Of a DNA stretch of 64,000 nt, positions 38,377-51,197 are shown one piece after another (position 1 is the first letter of the stretch; every line of letters starts with the position of its first letter). Position numbers and translations under genes: made by a program. Under the pieces are notes generated by a model that was not told where the DNA came from, searched no databases, and saw only the letters and a list, made by a program, of their open reading frames with translations. The DNA is from Ruditapes philippinarum (Eukaryota), in contig NW_026853488.1 of assembly GCF_026571515.1 (NCBI RefSeq), forward strand, positions 62,001-126,000, given 5' to 3'.

Positions 38377-38769
38377 CATAATGATTACATTCAATTACAT
38401 ACTGTTACAATCAAAGATGTCATTCAATCTGTCAACTATATTCCTTTATTTATTTAGACATATACAGGTATTTGCACAGTTTATCAATATATGGCACAAT
38501 TTTGAAATGTAATTAACTCTTTACATTCAAAATTGTTTCATTTGAAATTAAGATATCTTTTGGCTAGAAATTTTATTCAAAAGGTTTCAAAAGAACCCTG
38601 TTGTACAATTTATATATATTAAATTCGCGTGTATTGAGCACATCTCTAAGATAGAAGAACATTTTGATATAACAGCTTCAGGGAATAACAGTTTGGTTGA
38701 TAACCTATCACTTCTTTTAAGTAGGTGTGACCGCACCTTTGTATCCAACAAACACGAGGAAGGAACTGT

Positions 38770-38860
38770 TACACGGAGTATGGAGTTCTTATGATAACTT
38801 GTCAGGAGTTATTGTGATAACTTGTCAGGAGTTCTTGTGATAACTGTCACGGAGTTCTTC
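38770..38860. repeat. ~23 bp tandem repeat ggagttcttgtgataacttgtca (3-4 copies)
   Basis: Directly visible; a further copy lies at ~39162. Confidence 0.7.
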
Positions 38861-39909
38861 TACAAAAAACACACATCAAAGATGGTAATTTTCATCTTTA
38901 AGAAGTGAGTTTTTAGGTTTTAAATAAACTTTAATGATTAAGTTTGCCTTACATCTTGTGTTATGTGTCAACTAATTCATAGACCATTTTTCATTGCCTC
39001 TAGTTTAAAATCTGGTAGTTTTGAGTAAAATTTCCAAACTATTTGCGAACTCGCTGTGTTTTGTGACCTTCATCCTTGCCATGCATAATTACATATAAGT
39101 TTGCAAAATTACAAACATAAAGCCCCGGCTACAAATTTATGCCCGATTTTTCAAATGTCCTGGAGTTCTTGTGATAACTTTTGTTTCTTTGCACTAAGGT
39201 ATTGTATTAATGAAACCAAATAAAGCTTGACATTAAATATGTTAGTATTCATCCGTAGCTGTTCTACAGAAATTAGAAATTCTCCTGTCGCTATCGTTCC
39301 CGTCGAAGTTTCTATTTTTATGTAGAACACCATGGATGAACACTATAAGTACATTTATGATCATTACCCACCTACAAGGGCATCATCTATTTTATATCTT
39401 TAAAAATGTCTTCATTATTCTTACATTTCTCTTAAATTTACACGTAAACATAATCACTTTATACAAATAAAATTAAAGAGCGGAACAAATAGTAACGAAA
39501 TCCTAACCTGCAATCATAATTAAAGATATAGCCCATAATATATCCGGATACAAATGTATATCAATGTTTAATTGTCTACTGATTGATTTCAATCTAATAT
39601 AAACATTAATTTTATATCTAATCAAAATTGTAACAATATGTACATTATCCTCAAGTAGGTCATTTAATAATCAGATATTTAAATTATTTGACTGTAACGT
39701 ATATACTAAGGCGATAAAACCCACAGGTTCAGCAGTAATCAAAATCGGTTTGTGTTTGCTCTATTTTACATTTAACTCATTCAATCGGTACGAACTTGTC
39801 ATTATACTCAGATCTTCAACTGTTTTACACACTGTACGTCAATGTACGATGAGAGGCGGGTTTTGGTATACTTATCAATTAATCAAAGGATCACCAGGAT
39901 GGGATATTT

Positions 39910-42900
39910 AATCTATATGATTGTTTCAACAAATGTTTTTCAGTATGTTAAATATTTTAAAGTCTTAGATAAAGACGATTCAGACCATTTTCCTCTATGT
40001 TGCAATTTAGAATTTAAGATAAAAATACCTGTGCAAGATACACTTTATCAAACAAACACGTGTACTAATATTAATATGATAAACTTCCGCTGCAAAAAAT
40101 AATTATAATGAAATTTTCGTGAATAGTTAACGAAACCTTTTGCATGAGAAAAATGATACATTAATACAAAAGCTTAACGAAAACATTGATGAGTATATAA
40201 ATTTATTAACTCAGATTTATCATGAAGCTGGCGAGTGTATGAGAATTAAGTTTAAATTTAGTTCTAATCAACCTGCATGGTGGGATGATGAATGTTTTAG
40301 ATTGAAGAAACGAAAATATCAATTATTACGTCATTTTTGTAACACGAATACACAAAATGATTTGAGATTATATAAAACTAGTCGTAATGAATTTAAAATA
40401 TGCTGTGATAAAAAGAAATTCGAATACCAAAGTAAAAATAGATATAACTTAGTGAACAGCACTGACGCCATTTCTTTTTGGAAACAATTGAAATCAGCCA
40501 AACCACAAAATAATATAACAAGCAATAGCATTTCTTCTAAAGAATGGTATGATTATTTCAATAAACTATTGTATGACGCAAACGCGGTAAAAGTGCCGTC
40601 ACACGTAAATAACGAACATGTATCTTCTGATGAAAGTGCGAATTCACTAAATTTACCTTTTACATTATGTGAAATTGAATCAGTTATTTCTAAACTTGTA
40701 AATAATAAAAGTTCTGGATTCGACGGGATTCCTTCTGAATTTTTCAAATATTCACGCCAGGACATCGGGGAACATTTGTTACTGCTGTTTAACACAATTT
40801 TAACAACAGGAAATTTTCCAAATACTTGGGGTCAAAGCATTATATGGCCAGTTTACAAATCTGGGTCGTCTTCCTTACCGAACAATTATCGGGGCATTTC
40901 TATCACAAATACAATGTATAAAATATTTTCTGGCGTTGTTAATAAAATGTTATATAATTGGGCTGAAGAAAATAATAAAATAGACGAATGTCAGGCAGGT
41001 TTCAGGTGTAATTACTCAGCTATTGGTAATATTTTTTGTTTACAAGCCATGATACAAAAATACTTGTCTAAAAAAGGTGGTCGTTTTTATTGTTTATATG
41101 TCGATTTCCGAAAAGCTTTTGATAAAATTGACCATTCAAAATTATTTGATTCACTACAGAAAATAGGCATTCATGGTAATTTTTTAAGGGTTTTAAAATG
41201 TATGTATTCCGAATTAAAGTCTTGTGTGAAAACACAAAACGGTTTAACTGATTTTTTTCCCGTGTAACATAGGAACAAGACAGGGAGATAAATACTTTTT
41301 ATCAATGAGTTGTCTATCTTACTTAGACAAAATTGTGGCACAGGAATATTTATTACTAATGATATACCTGATATATTATGTCTAATGTTTGCCGATGATG
41401 TAGCAAACTGTGCAGAGACTGTATCTAAATAACAACAACAATTAAATGTAATTGACACTTTTTGTTATATCTATGGGGTGAAGATTCGCCTGCGTACGAT
41501 GTTGTCAATTGTAATCTTTTTGACTTACTACAGACTGATATTAACGAATTTCAGGCGTTAGGAACGGTTTTGGTCGGCGGGGATTTTAATTCCCGTGTAG
41601 GCTCGAAACCTGATTATATTGTGAACGATCGTATAAACTCGATCATCGATAACGAAGAGTACATACCAGATGAACCTATTCCAAGGACAAATTCTGACAA
41701 AGTGTTTAACAATTATGGCATACAACTACTTGATTTATGTAAAGCTACTGGGCTACGCATTTGCAATGGGCGTTTAGATAAGGGTTCCTTCACATATTAC
41801 GGACACAATGGTTGTTCAACAATTGATTATTTACTGTGTCACCAGGCTAACTTGGGGCGAATTGGTACATTCGGCACAAGTGATTTTACCATGTTTTCAG
41901 ATCATGCTATGTTACAGTTCAGCATCATCGCACTTATGTATAAGGAACCGGAAGTTGAAAATGAATATAGTCATTCCAGAATAAAGTGGAATTCTCAAAA
42001 ACGGGATGCCTTTAGAAGCAATATTATAGTGTCACTTCCACATTTTAACGCATTATTTGAAAATAAGACCGGAAATGATAAAGCACATGTGAATGAAACT
42101 GTCACAGGATTTACACGTTTAATAAATAGTGCGTCGGCGCCGTTGTTTGAAACACGTTCAAATCATAACAAGGTGAAACATAATAATAAAATTTGCACAA
42201 AATCGGCATTTAAAATCATCAGAATGGTTCGATAATGAATGTGTGAATAAACGGAGGATATATTTAAAAGCACTAGAAGTTTTCGACTTAGATAAATGTA
42301 ATGAAAATAGGAATCAGTTATTAACTTTTAAACGGGAATATAAGCGACTCGTAAATCGTAAGAAACTAGCTTATAAAAGCACGAAATCAAAGGAAATAGA
42401 AGGTTTGCGCAAGAAAAAGCCGCGAGACTTTTGGAAGTACTTTTAAAAAAACGAAGGGATGCGCGGAAATTCCTTGTCTACAAGTGATTTCTACCAGTAT
42501 TTTAAAAACCTGAGTAATGAAATTAATATCACAACTGATGTTGAAAGCGAACGGTTTGCGTCGGAAGACATTAATTCGGATAGTCCTATCTTCTCAGAAT
42601 TAGATAATACTATATCAGAGACAGAAGTTTTAGCGGCTTTGAAAACCTTAAAACGTGGAAAGGCAGGCTCTACTGATAACTTAATCAATGAATTGTTCAT
42701 TGAATCTGGGGATATATTAATAGGCCATTTAACAGATCTTTTTAATCTTATGTTTGATACCGGTGTTTTCCCGGATAAATGGGCAGAAGGTATAATTATC
42801 CCATTATTTAAAAAAGGAAACGAAAATGATGTAAACAATTATCGTGGAATAACATTGATCAGTGTCCTAGCAAAGCTGTCTACATCTTTTTAACGTTTAA

Positions 42901-45900
42901 CCGAATGGTGTGAAAAAAATAATATTATTTCCGACGCTCAGTTTGGATTTAAAAAAGGTTTTCCACAGTCGATGCTATATTTTGTTTAAACGGATTAATA
43001 GAAAAATTTCTTGGAAATGGCTCTCGTTTGTATGCTGCGTTCATTGATATGAGCAAATGTTTCGACAGCGTTTATAGGAACGCGTTATGGTACAAAATGT
43101 TTAACCTTGGAATTTCTGGAAAAATGTTACGTGTAGTGAGGTCGATGTATGAGCACGTGAAAAGTCAAGTACGTCACTGTTATACGTTTTCTGAATTCAT
43201 TGAAGTAGCGGTAGGCCTAAAGCAAGGAGAAATATGTTCGCCTTTGCTGTGGTCAATTTTCATCGAAGATTTAGAATTGTATTTAGGTTCAAATATTGAT
43301 AGTAGTTTTAATATAGCAGACTTGACACTTATATTGCTTTTATACGCTGATGATATGAATCTACTGTCTGAAACAGTGCAGGGTTTGCAGTCACATTTAG
43401 ACAATCTACGAATTTACTGTGATCGTTGGGGTTTAAAGGTTAATGAAGAGAAAAACAAAAATAATGGTATTAAGACAAAGCGGTTTCGTTGAGAGACGAT
43501 GAGAAATGGGAGTAAAACGGGAAAACGTTGGATATTGTAGATACATTTAATTATCTTGGAACTGTATTTGGTTCAAATGGTAATTTTAAACTGTAATCAA
43601 CAATTGTTAATTGGTAAAGCAATGAAAGCTATGAATTTGTTAAACTATAATATCCGTGAATTTGATTTACTCTTAAAGTTCAATGTCAGCTGTTTGACTC
43701 ATTTGTAACATCTATATTAAGTTATGCAGCAGAAGTGTGGGGTAATTCAAAAGCTAAAGAAATTGAACGAGTGCAGTTAAAGTTTTGTAAAAGACTTCTT
43801 AATGTTAAAATGTCAGTAAGTAATGTGTCTGTATATGGAGAGCTAGGGCGCTATCCGCTTTATATAAATCGTTTTGTTAAGATATTCAAGTTCTGGATAA
43901 AAGTTTTAAATTCCGATAATTGTATCGTTAAAAACGTTTATAATGATGCTATTCATGGTAAAAAGAACTGGGCATATAAGTTAAAAGTTTTATTAGAAAA
44001 CTATGGATATGGATATCTTTGGGAAATACAGGACAGTATTATTGACGGTAAAAGTTTGATTCCGTGTTTTAAACAAAGAGTGATTGACTGTTTTCTTCAG
44101 GAATGGAGAAGTGATATCGATAGCAAACCTGTATTATTGGTATATAAACATGTTAAAGAGAATTTCGAATACGAACCTTATTTAGACTTGTTGAACAAAT
44201 CACAGAGACTTTTCATAACAAGAATGAGAACATCTGCGCACTGTTTACGCTTAGAAACCGGGCGTTATGGAAATAATAGAATAGACAGAGAATATAGACT
44301 GTGTCAAATTTGTGAAAATGGCGAGATAGAGGTCGAATGTCACTTTATGCTTAAATGTGCGAGATACAGAGTCATTAGAAAACGATATATTAATGAATAT
44401 TTTTCACTACGACCAAGTATGTTTAAGCTAATTGAACTGCTAAGATCTGTGAATCACAAGACAATGACAAATTTGGTGATGTTCATCAAATGTGCACTTA
44501 AAATTCGAGAAAATATGCTACGACAAAATGACTTTTCATAAACTCTATATTTAAATTTATTGCCGACTGTTTAATGAGTTAATTAATTTGCTTGTCAACA
44601 CATACCATCATTTACGTAAATAATATTTATATTCATATTAATTTTATTATTTATTTGACATAACCTTTATATGTAATGCATGTATAGATGATAAACTATG
44701 TTTAAATCTAAAATCTAATAAACAATATGTTCTGTTCTGTTCTATAATACTGGCATGGAAATCAATCTTGATAAAACAGAAGTAATTGTTTTCCGTAATG
44801 CTGGTCCTTTACGTCATTATGAGAAATGGTATTTCCGAGGTAAAAGCTTAAATATAAAATCTATGTATAAGTATATGGGACTCATTTTCACTTCTCAATT
44901 ATCATGGATTCATGCTAAGGAAAAAATGGCATCTCAAGCCCAAAAGGCAATATTATCGTTAAAATATTATCAGAAACCTTTCGGTCATTTTCCAAGTAAT
45001 GAATTGTTTAAAATTGTTGACCATATGATTAAACCAATTTTATGCTATGGATCACAAATATGGGGTTTTGAATATAGCCAAACTATTGAATATGTGCATA
45101 ACGATTTTTGTCGAAAACATTTATCTGTTAAAAAAACTACAAATACAGCTATGTTTAAGGGGAATGTGGTAGATTGCCCTTAAGTATTTCGTACATGACA
45201 AACTGCATACGATATTTTTGTAAACTTCTGATCATGCCTTCATCTAGATATCCTAAACAGTGTTATTTAATGTTGAAGTCACTAGACGATGTAGGTCGAA
45301 TATGTTGGGTTACCAAAGTTAAACATGTACTGTTTAGATATGGTTTTGGTTTTGTCTGGATATCTCAAGAAATTGGTGACACGAATATGTTCCTTAAACT
45401 TTTCAAACAAAGACTTATTGATTGTTTGTACTCAACAATGGTATGAAAATATAACGAATTCTAGTAGATGTTTTCACATTATAATAAATTTAAATCACTT
45501 TTAAATGTTGAACGATACTTATAAAATAGAAATACCATTTAAACATAAAAAGGCGTTTTGTAATTTTCGTTGCTCCAACCATAAATTAGGTATAGAAATA
45601 GGCCGACATAATAATATCCCAAGGGAAGAACGTCTGTGTACAACTTGTAATGATAGTATAGATTGTGAATTCCATGCTTTCTTTATATGTAAAAAATATA
45701 AACAAATCCGTGATAAGTATTTATTCAATTGGTATTTTGGCGGAAAAGAACTACATGATTTTTATGTATTAATAGGTACACGTGATATAATCACTTTAAG
45801 GAAGCTTATGTTTTATGTATATGTTTTAATGGATAACATAAACAACTAGTCTTTTTTCGCATTAATAAACATTGTTAAGGTGACGCAACCATATTACTAT

Positions 45901-45974
45901 ATTGTTGTATGTATGCTATGTATTTTGGGTCTGAGGCCTTTGAACACAAATAAAGTTATTTGAATCTTGAATCT
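39910..45974 (+). mobile_element. Outer 5'-truncated LINE (APE-RT-CCHC; RTE-X-like by inference), disrupted and split by the inner LINE
   Basis: APE C-terminus (YMIVS..DSDHFPL), RT motifs NYRGISI, QAGFR, YVDFRKAFD and LMFADD; resumes at 44743 (YNTGMEINLDKT, YKYMG); C-terminal RLCTTC..CEFHAFFIC; AATAAA + (TTGAATC)2 tail; stops and frameshifts. Confidence 0.9.
41470..44742 (+). mobile_element. Inner 5'-truncated LINE of a related family
   Basis: APE motifs GGDFNSRVG, STIDY and SDH; RT motifs NYRGITL, FIDMSKCFD, GLKQG and LLYADD; RLCQIC..ECHFMLKC; AATAAA + (TTCTG)n tail; TATA duplicated at 41466-41469 and 44743-44746. Confidence 0.9.
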
Positions 45975-47277
45975 TTATAAAATTTCGACTTTAGAGTTTC
46001 CATGTTAACAGTCATGACATCTACATAAACTGAAATGAGAAAGTGGTGAACTAAGACCAACACTTGCAGCTGCACCGTAAAAATGTAACAGAGACGTCCA
46101 CTTCTAGGGCATAATAGATAGACCAGAAGCTATATATACATTATGCATTATTATATCTTGTATTTCAATATACACAAGACTAAATGGAGTAATAATGTAT
46201 TTTAGTCAAATCTGCGTAATACCAAGTGGTGTGTAATTGTCTCTTTCGACTTCGCGCAAGAGTTGCCATTCCTTGACGAAACATCTACTATATAGAATAC
46301 TGTATATATATGAACAGTGTATATGTCTACAATTACGTGCTTTTTATATGCTATCATTTTTTTCTACTACCGGTAAAATGGATATGTTCAGTTACTATGA
46401 ACCTAGTTATTTATTCGGCTTCTATTATATATAACAAATCAAAATGTTTTTGTAGTTTAACGCACAAGAGTTATAACTAAGTATTACTAACAAGTTAATC
46501 CTAACTTTATTTTTAACATTATGTTTCCTTATGAACAGTTTGTGATAAATATACATTGATAAGATGAGATAAGATAAGATCTGTTTATAGTGACTCTAAT
46601 TTTAACATTCTTGGGTTTTTAACAACAACAATGATAATAGTGATAATAAGAGTAAATTTTGTCAAATTTCTGTAAATCAATTTATATATAGACATTATAG
46701 AAGATTCATAATTATCTATAATTTTGTTTGAAAATTGTAAGGACTTAGTGATCTTCATGTCACAATTCGTTTTATTAGTAACCATCACCAATTTCTTTAA
46801 GATATGTATTTTAAGCCTATACTGTAACGTGTATTAACTTTTGGACTTTACCTGTATAAGTTTCCTTTTGTTTTTGTTTGACTTTATATTTTTGCATATT
46901 ATCATTTTGTACTCAAAATTCATCCTACTTACTTGAAGTAAAGGGTTTGTAAAACATTTTTCAAGGATGTAGCCCTACATCAAGTGGTACTAGACACAAG
47001 ATAAAAGGGCACAGGTTTCCAGACTATGGTTTTTCATGGGCGAGTCGAGCACGATTTGAAAAATATTTATGATCAGTAGTTTATATTATATAAATATTAT
47101 ACAATATCTATATATATAATAATATTATATAAAATATCTATATATTTATATATGTGTGTAAATGTTGGGTGTTTTTGTTGTCCAACTTTGTGTCATTTTT
47201 TATAAAGTTTGCTACAATTGTTGGTTTTTGTGGTCCAACTTTTGTCATCTATTATAACGTTTGCTACAATTGTTTTC

Positions 47278-48215
47278 TACGGAAACGTATAGCGACCACC
47301 TCTATATGTTAGTTAAAACAGAATTTTTGACAATTTATTTAATACATATTATATACCTAACCAATTTTTACAAACTTACTTGATCTGATATATTTATCTA
47401 GTAATATCTACAGCCCCTGCATGTTGGTAAAAACAGAATTTAAGACAATTTATTTTACACACGATATATATTTGACAATATTTACAATGATATTTGATCT
47501 TGAATATATATCATTTACTAAATCTGCTGTTTATATTGCTGGATTCAAATTTATGTGACATTTTTCTGTTCATTTATATGTATTAGTTTTATATATTGAG
47601 GTTTTTTATTCGCATACCCCTATCATTATAAAATATAATATAACATATTTTACAATTTATATTTGATAATATGTTAATAAGCATAAAATAAGCTACTGAA
47701 GTAGTACCTGATGTAAATTATTAATCATAGAAACCATTATATTTTTGTAAGATATATAATATATAGCTTAAAACGAAAACTATTGACAAATTTACCATTT
47801 TAAATGTATGTACAGAGGATGATACATGAAAAATATTATATAAAAAGGAATATTCGACCAGTTGATGTTATTATAGGAACATAGATCCTAAAGCGCAAGC
47901 GATATTTCTTCTTATATTATGTGTGACACGAGAAAAGTCAGACATTTGTATTGATAAAGGCAGCAATTAATTCAAGTAATATTGTTAAACATACATAATA
48001 CGTATTTTTTGTAATCTTTCGTACGTTTTTATCTTATAATGCAAGATAAACTACTTTTAACTTTTTGACAAAATGAAAAAATAAAACACTTACATCTTTT
48101 TAGATATGTTATTCTTTCCTCAAATCATATTTGCATATAACAAACATACTATAAAACTGTAAAAAAAAGTCATTTGATATATATCATATAGGGATGGTCG
48201 CTATACGTTTCCGTA
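47278..48215. mobile_element. IS3EU-type non-autonomous DNA transposon (938 bp)
   Basis: 21-bp TIR tacggaaacgtatagcgacca / tggtcgctatacgtttccgta. TAYGG termini and a 6-bp TSD (GTTTTC at 47272-47277 and 48216-48221) are IS3EU hallmarks. Confidence 0.85.
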
Positions 48216-50201
48216 GTTTTCTATATAAAAGCGTATTTTAAGTTTTTGGTTAATCTTTTGATTAAATCATAATCTATTATTAAACAATAAAGACGACCAG
48301 TATCATGCTGAACATTGTTTATAATGATGCAAAGACTTTATTGTTAAATAATTTTAAGACTTTTAGTTGCTGGTGTAATCTGGAACAATCCATTATTAAA
48401 ATTGTTAATATTCTTGTTGCATATCGATCTAGTCAGTCGACAAAATTGTCAACATTTTATTGTACATAATGAACATCACTTACTTGGGCTGGTGACACTT
48501 GTTATAATATTTTGCGTATATGTATTCGGGTGACTTGCTTGGGCTTGTGACAAATGATATGTTTTATTACTATTTCATTAAATATCATAGGTTGGTTAGC
48601 TTCAGTCAAAAAAATACCATTAACCAACTTTTTACCTTCGGGAACTCTCTGTTAAAGAAGCCCTTTATTGGTAAGGGTTTCAAGATCATTAACCTTAGTC
48701 TTCTCTCCTTTGCATTGATATGTGGGGAAAAGCTAGTCTAATTCTAGCTTTTATGGCGTTTTTCGTACGAAACCCTCACATTTCTTACTATTATAGTAGA
48801 ATATGTTTTTGTTTACTACAGTTTTTTTCTCTTGCAAATAATCCTTTTATATTTAAGCACCTCCCCAAATTGTCAGCATTTTTCCAACTGACTCAAGATT
48901 TTTTTTAAAAAATTGATTTAACAAAACTCTATCTTGTTTAAAATATAATATCCTTTTTCTTAAATTTTTCTTAAAGAGATTCACGTTTAAGCTCTTTGAA
49001 ATTATTTTAAAATGTCTACAACAACATATATATTAGTTTGTAACGTATGTTATGTAAAATAATTAATTGTAAAATGAATGCATTATGTAAAAAGGAAAAG
49101 TAAATAAAAGGGCCTGTAGTCCAAACGACGATAAATGTCCAAAAAATGACGATAAATGTCTCAATCGCCGATAAATGTCCAAAACTCATTTGACGATAAA
49201 TGTCCAAAAAATAACGAAAAATGTCGCAACAAAGTAGGTGCTCATAAATGTCCAAATCGGTTAACGATTAATGTCTCAACTTTTCATATGTTAATTTGTA
49301 ATTTATTGTATTGGATACTGTAACAGTCTATCCAACTAACCCGTGATTTTACCCTCTGGTTTACCCCCGACGTAAAATGTATCATACATTGTTGCAGATC
49401 CGGATGGGGCGCGGGGGTAATGTGCCTTCTTAACTCACCGAAGCAATACGTTTTAGCATTGTTTGTGTTCTTCAATATTTTTTGTGCCCCATATAGCGTT
49501 GCCATTGTCCGTCCGAGTGTCTAAGTGTCCGTCCCGAAAGTTTGTTAACGGTATAGGGGCGTGGACAGAGTTGCATATTCCTTTACTGTCAAGTGGACAA
49601 AAGTTAAGAAAAATATGCAAACTCTATCTGGCAAACAAAGCAGTTAACCTGTATAAACCATGCGAGCTAATCAAGGGGTTAACTGCATTGACAGTTAAAA
49701 TCTGACCTACTGATTCAAAGTGCCGACCTTGACAGGATGACGCATTTGCTTGTCGGGGGATATGGTTCGACAATGGTCGTTATAAGCATATACGCAACAC
49801 GTGTTAAATGGGTTTTGTGACTTTTCTCTTAAGTGCTGCGAAGACGGTCCTTCTCATGCTACATTGATTTAAGACATTTGTATTTGATTATTACTCATTC
49901 GCGCGTGGTGGACTGAACGCCACTGCGGGGCCACCACCTTATAAATACAGAGTTTTGAAAGGCTACTTACATGTATCCCTCCAGTGTCGACCCAGATCAG
50001 TTTGCACGCAAATGCGTCACCAGATGAGGGTATGCGCTATTAAACACCAGTAATTGGTAGTTAAGGTTTTGTTTGTCCCTACAGTGTGGCACTTTCAAGA
50101 TCAACCTACATGGTTATACATGAATATAATGTATATATAATCAAGTAAATGAAGTAACTGCTATATTACCATTTTACAGCTTCTGATTGGCTATAATTAT
50201 G

Positions 50202-50382
50202 TCGTGGGAACAAGATAATTATTTCGTGGGAACAATATATTATCTCGTGGGAACAAGATAATTATTTCGTGGGAACAAGATAATATCTCGTGGGATCAAG
50301 ATAATATCTTGTGGGAACAAGATAATATCTCGTGTGAACAAGATAAATTAAGACACCCATGTGTCACATCTGTGCCACCGTA
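50202..50382. repeat. ~21-24 bp tandem repeat (tcgtgggaacaagataat) ending in ...gccaccgta; partial IS3EU-like MITE
   Basis: About 6 copies; CCGTA terminus at ~50378-50382. Confidence 0.65.
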
Positions 50383-50513
50383 ATAGACACTTGACGTAAT
50401 AGTATGTTTTATTGCTGTGCTGGTTGGATACAAACATGTAAATTTAAAAATTACTTATATGTCAAATATTAACTTAACAATATTATATAAATAACACATG
50501 GCTGTCATTTTGC

Positions 50514-51197
50514 ATTATGCTTACTGGTTACTAAAGCAATTATCGTTTTTATCAATACAGAGTTATGTAAGAGTTATGCACCCCAGGGTGATATAAGAAA
50601 TATTCCCCGGGAAATATATTCTAGGAGGGTGATATTTGATCAGAACACATTGTAGGCCTATTGGAGTTTTACATTGAAGGATATATTGAGGTATAATGAT
50701 TTATAAATAGCATATTGCTGTCGGGGTGATAGAGGATATTGTCAAGACGAGAACTGGTATATTACACCGAGGCGCAGCCGAGGATAATATGCCAGTTCAA
50801 GGGTTGGCAATATCCTCTATCACCCCGACAGCCATATGTTATTTATTTTATTAACCGAAAAAAAACTCTTAGGTCAGCAGTCTTTGCCTGAAAGAAAATA
50901 CAGATCATCATCTCACAATTATATCGATTTTGATCTGTAAATGTTCGATATACACAAAAATAGTATAATGTATATAAATAAAAACAAGAGACAGACAGAC
51001 AGACTAGGAAATAAATAATATTATGCTAACTGGGTACAAAGGCATTATCGCTTTATGAGTGAGTTACGTAAGAGTTTTTGCTCCAAGGTGATATAAGAAA
51101 TATTCCCCGGGGAATATATTCTAGGAGGGTGATATTCGATCAGAACACATTGCAGCCCTATGGGAGTTTTACATTGAAGGATATATTGAGGTATAAT
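50514..51197. mobile_element. Direct repeats (~180 bp; 50514-50697 and 51020-51197) flanking a ~144 bp hairpin (50703-50846)
   Basis: Arms gctgtcggggtgatagaggatattg / caatatcctctatcaccccgacagc with a central ccgaggcgcagccgagg. Both direct repeats end in ...gaaggatatattgaggtataat. Confidence 0.75.

Noticed and set aside
38105-46830. Shared ~55 bp fragment (agtaaccatcaccaatttct...aagcctatactgtaacgt) at ~38120 and ~46778 as LTRs or a duplication around the LINEs
   Set aside because: Too short, and one copy lies inside a MITE; most likely dispersed fragments of a repeat family.
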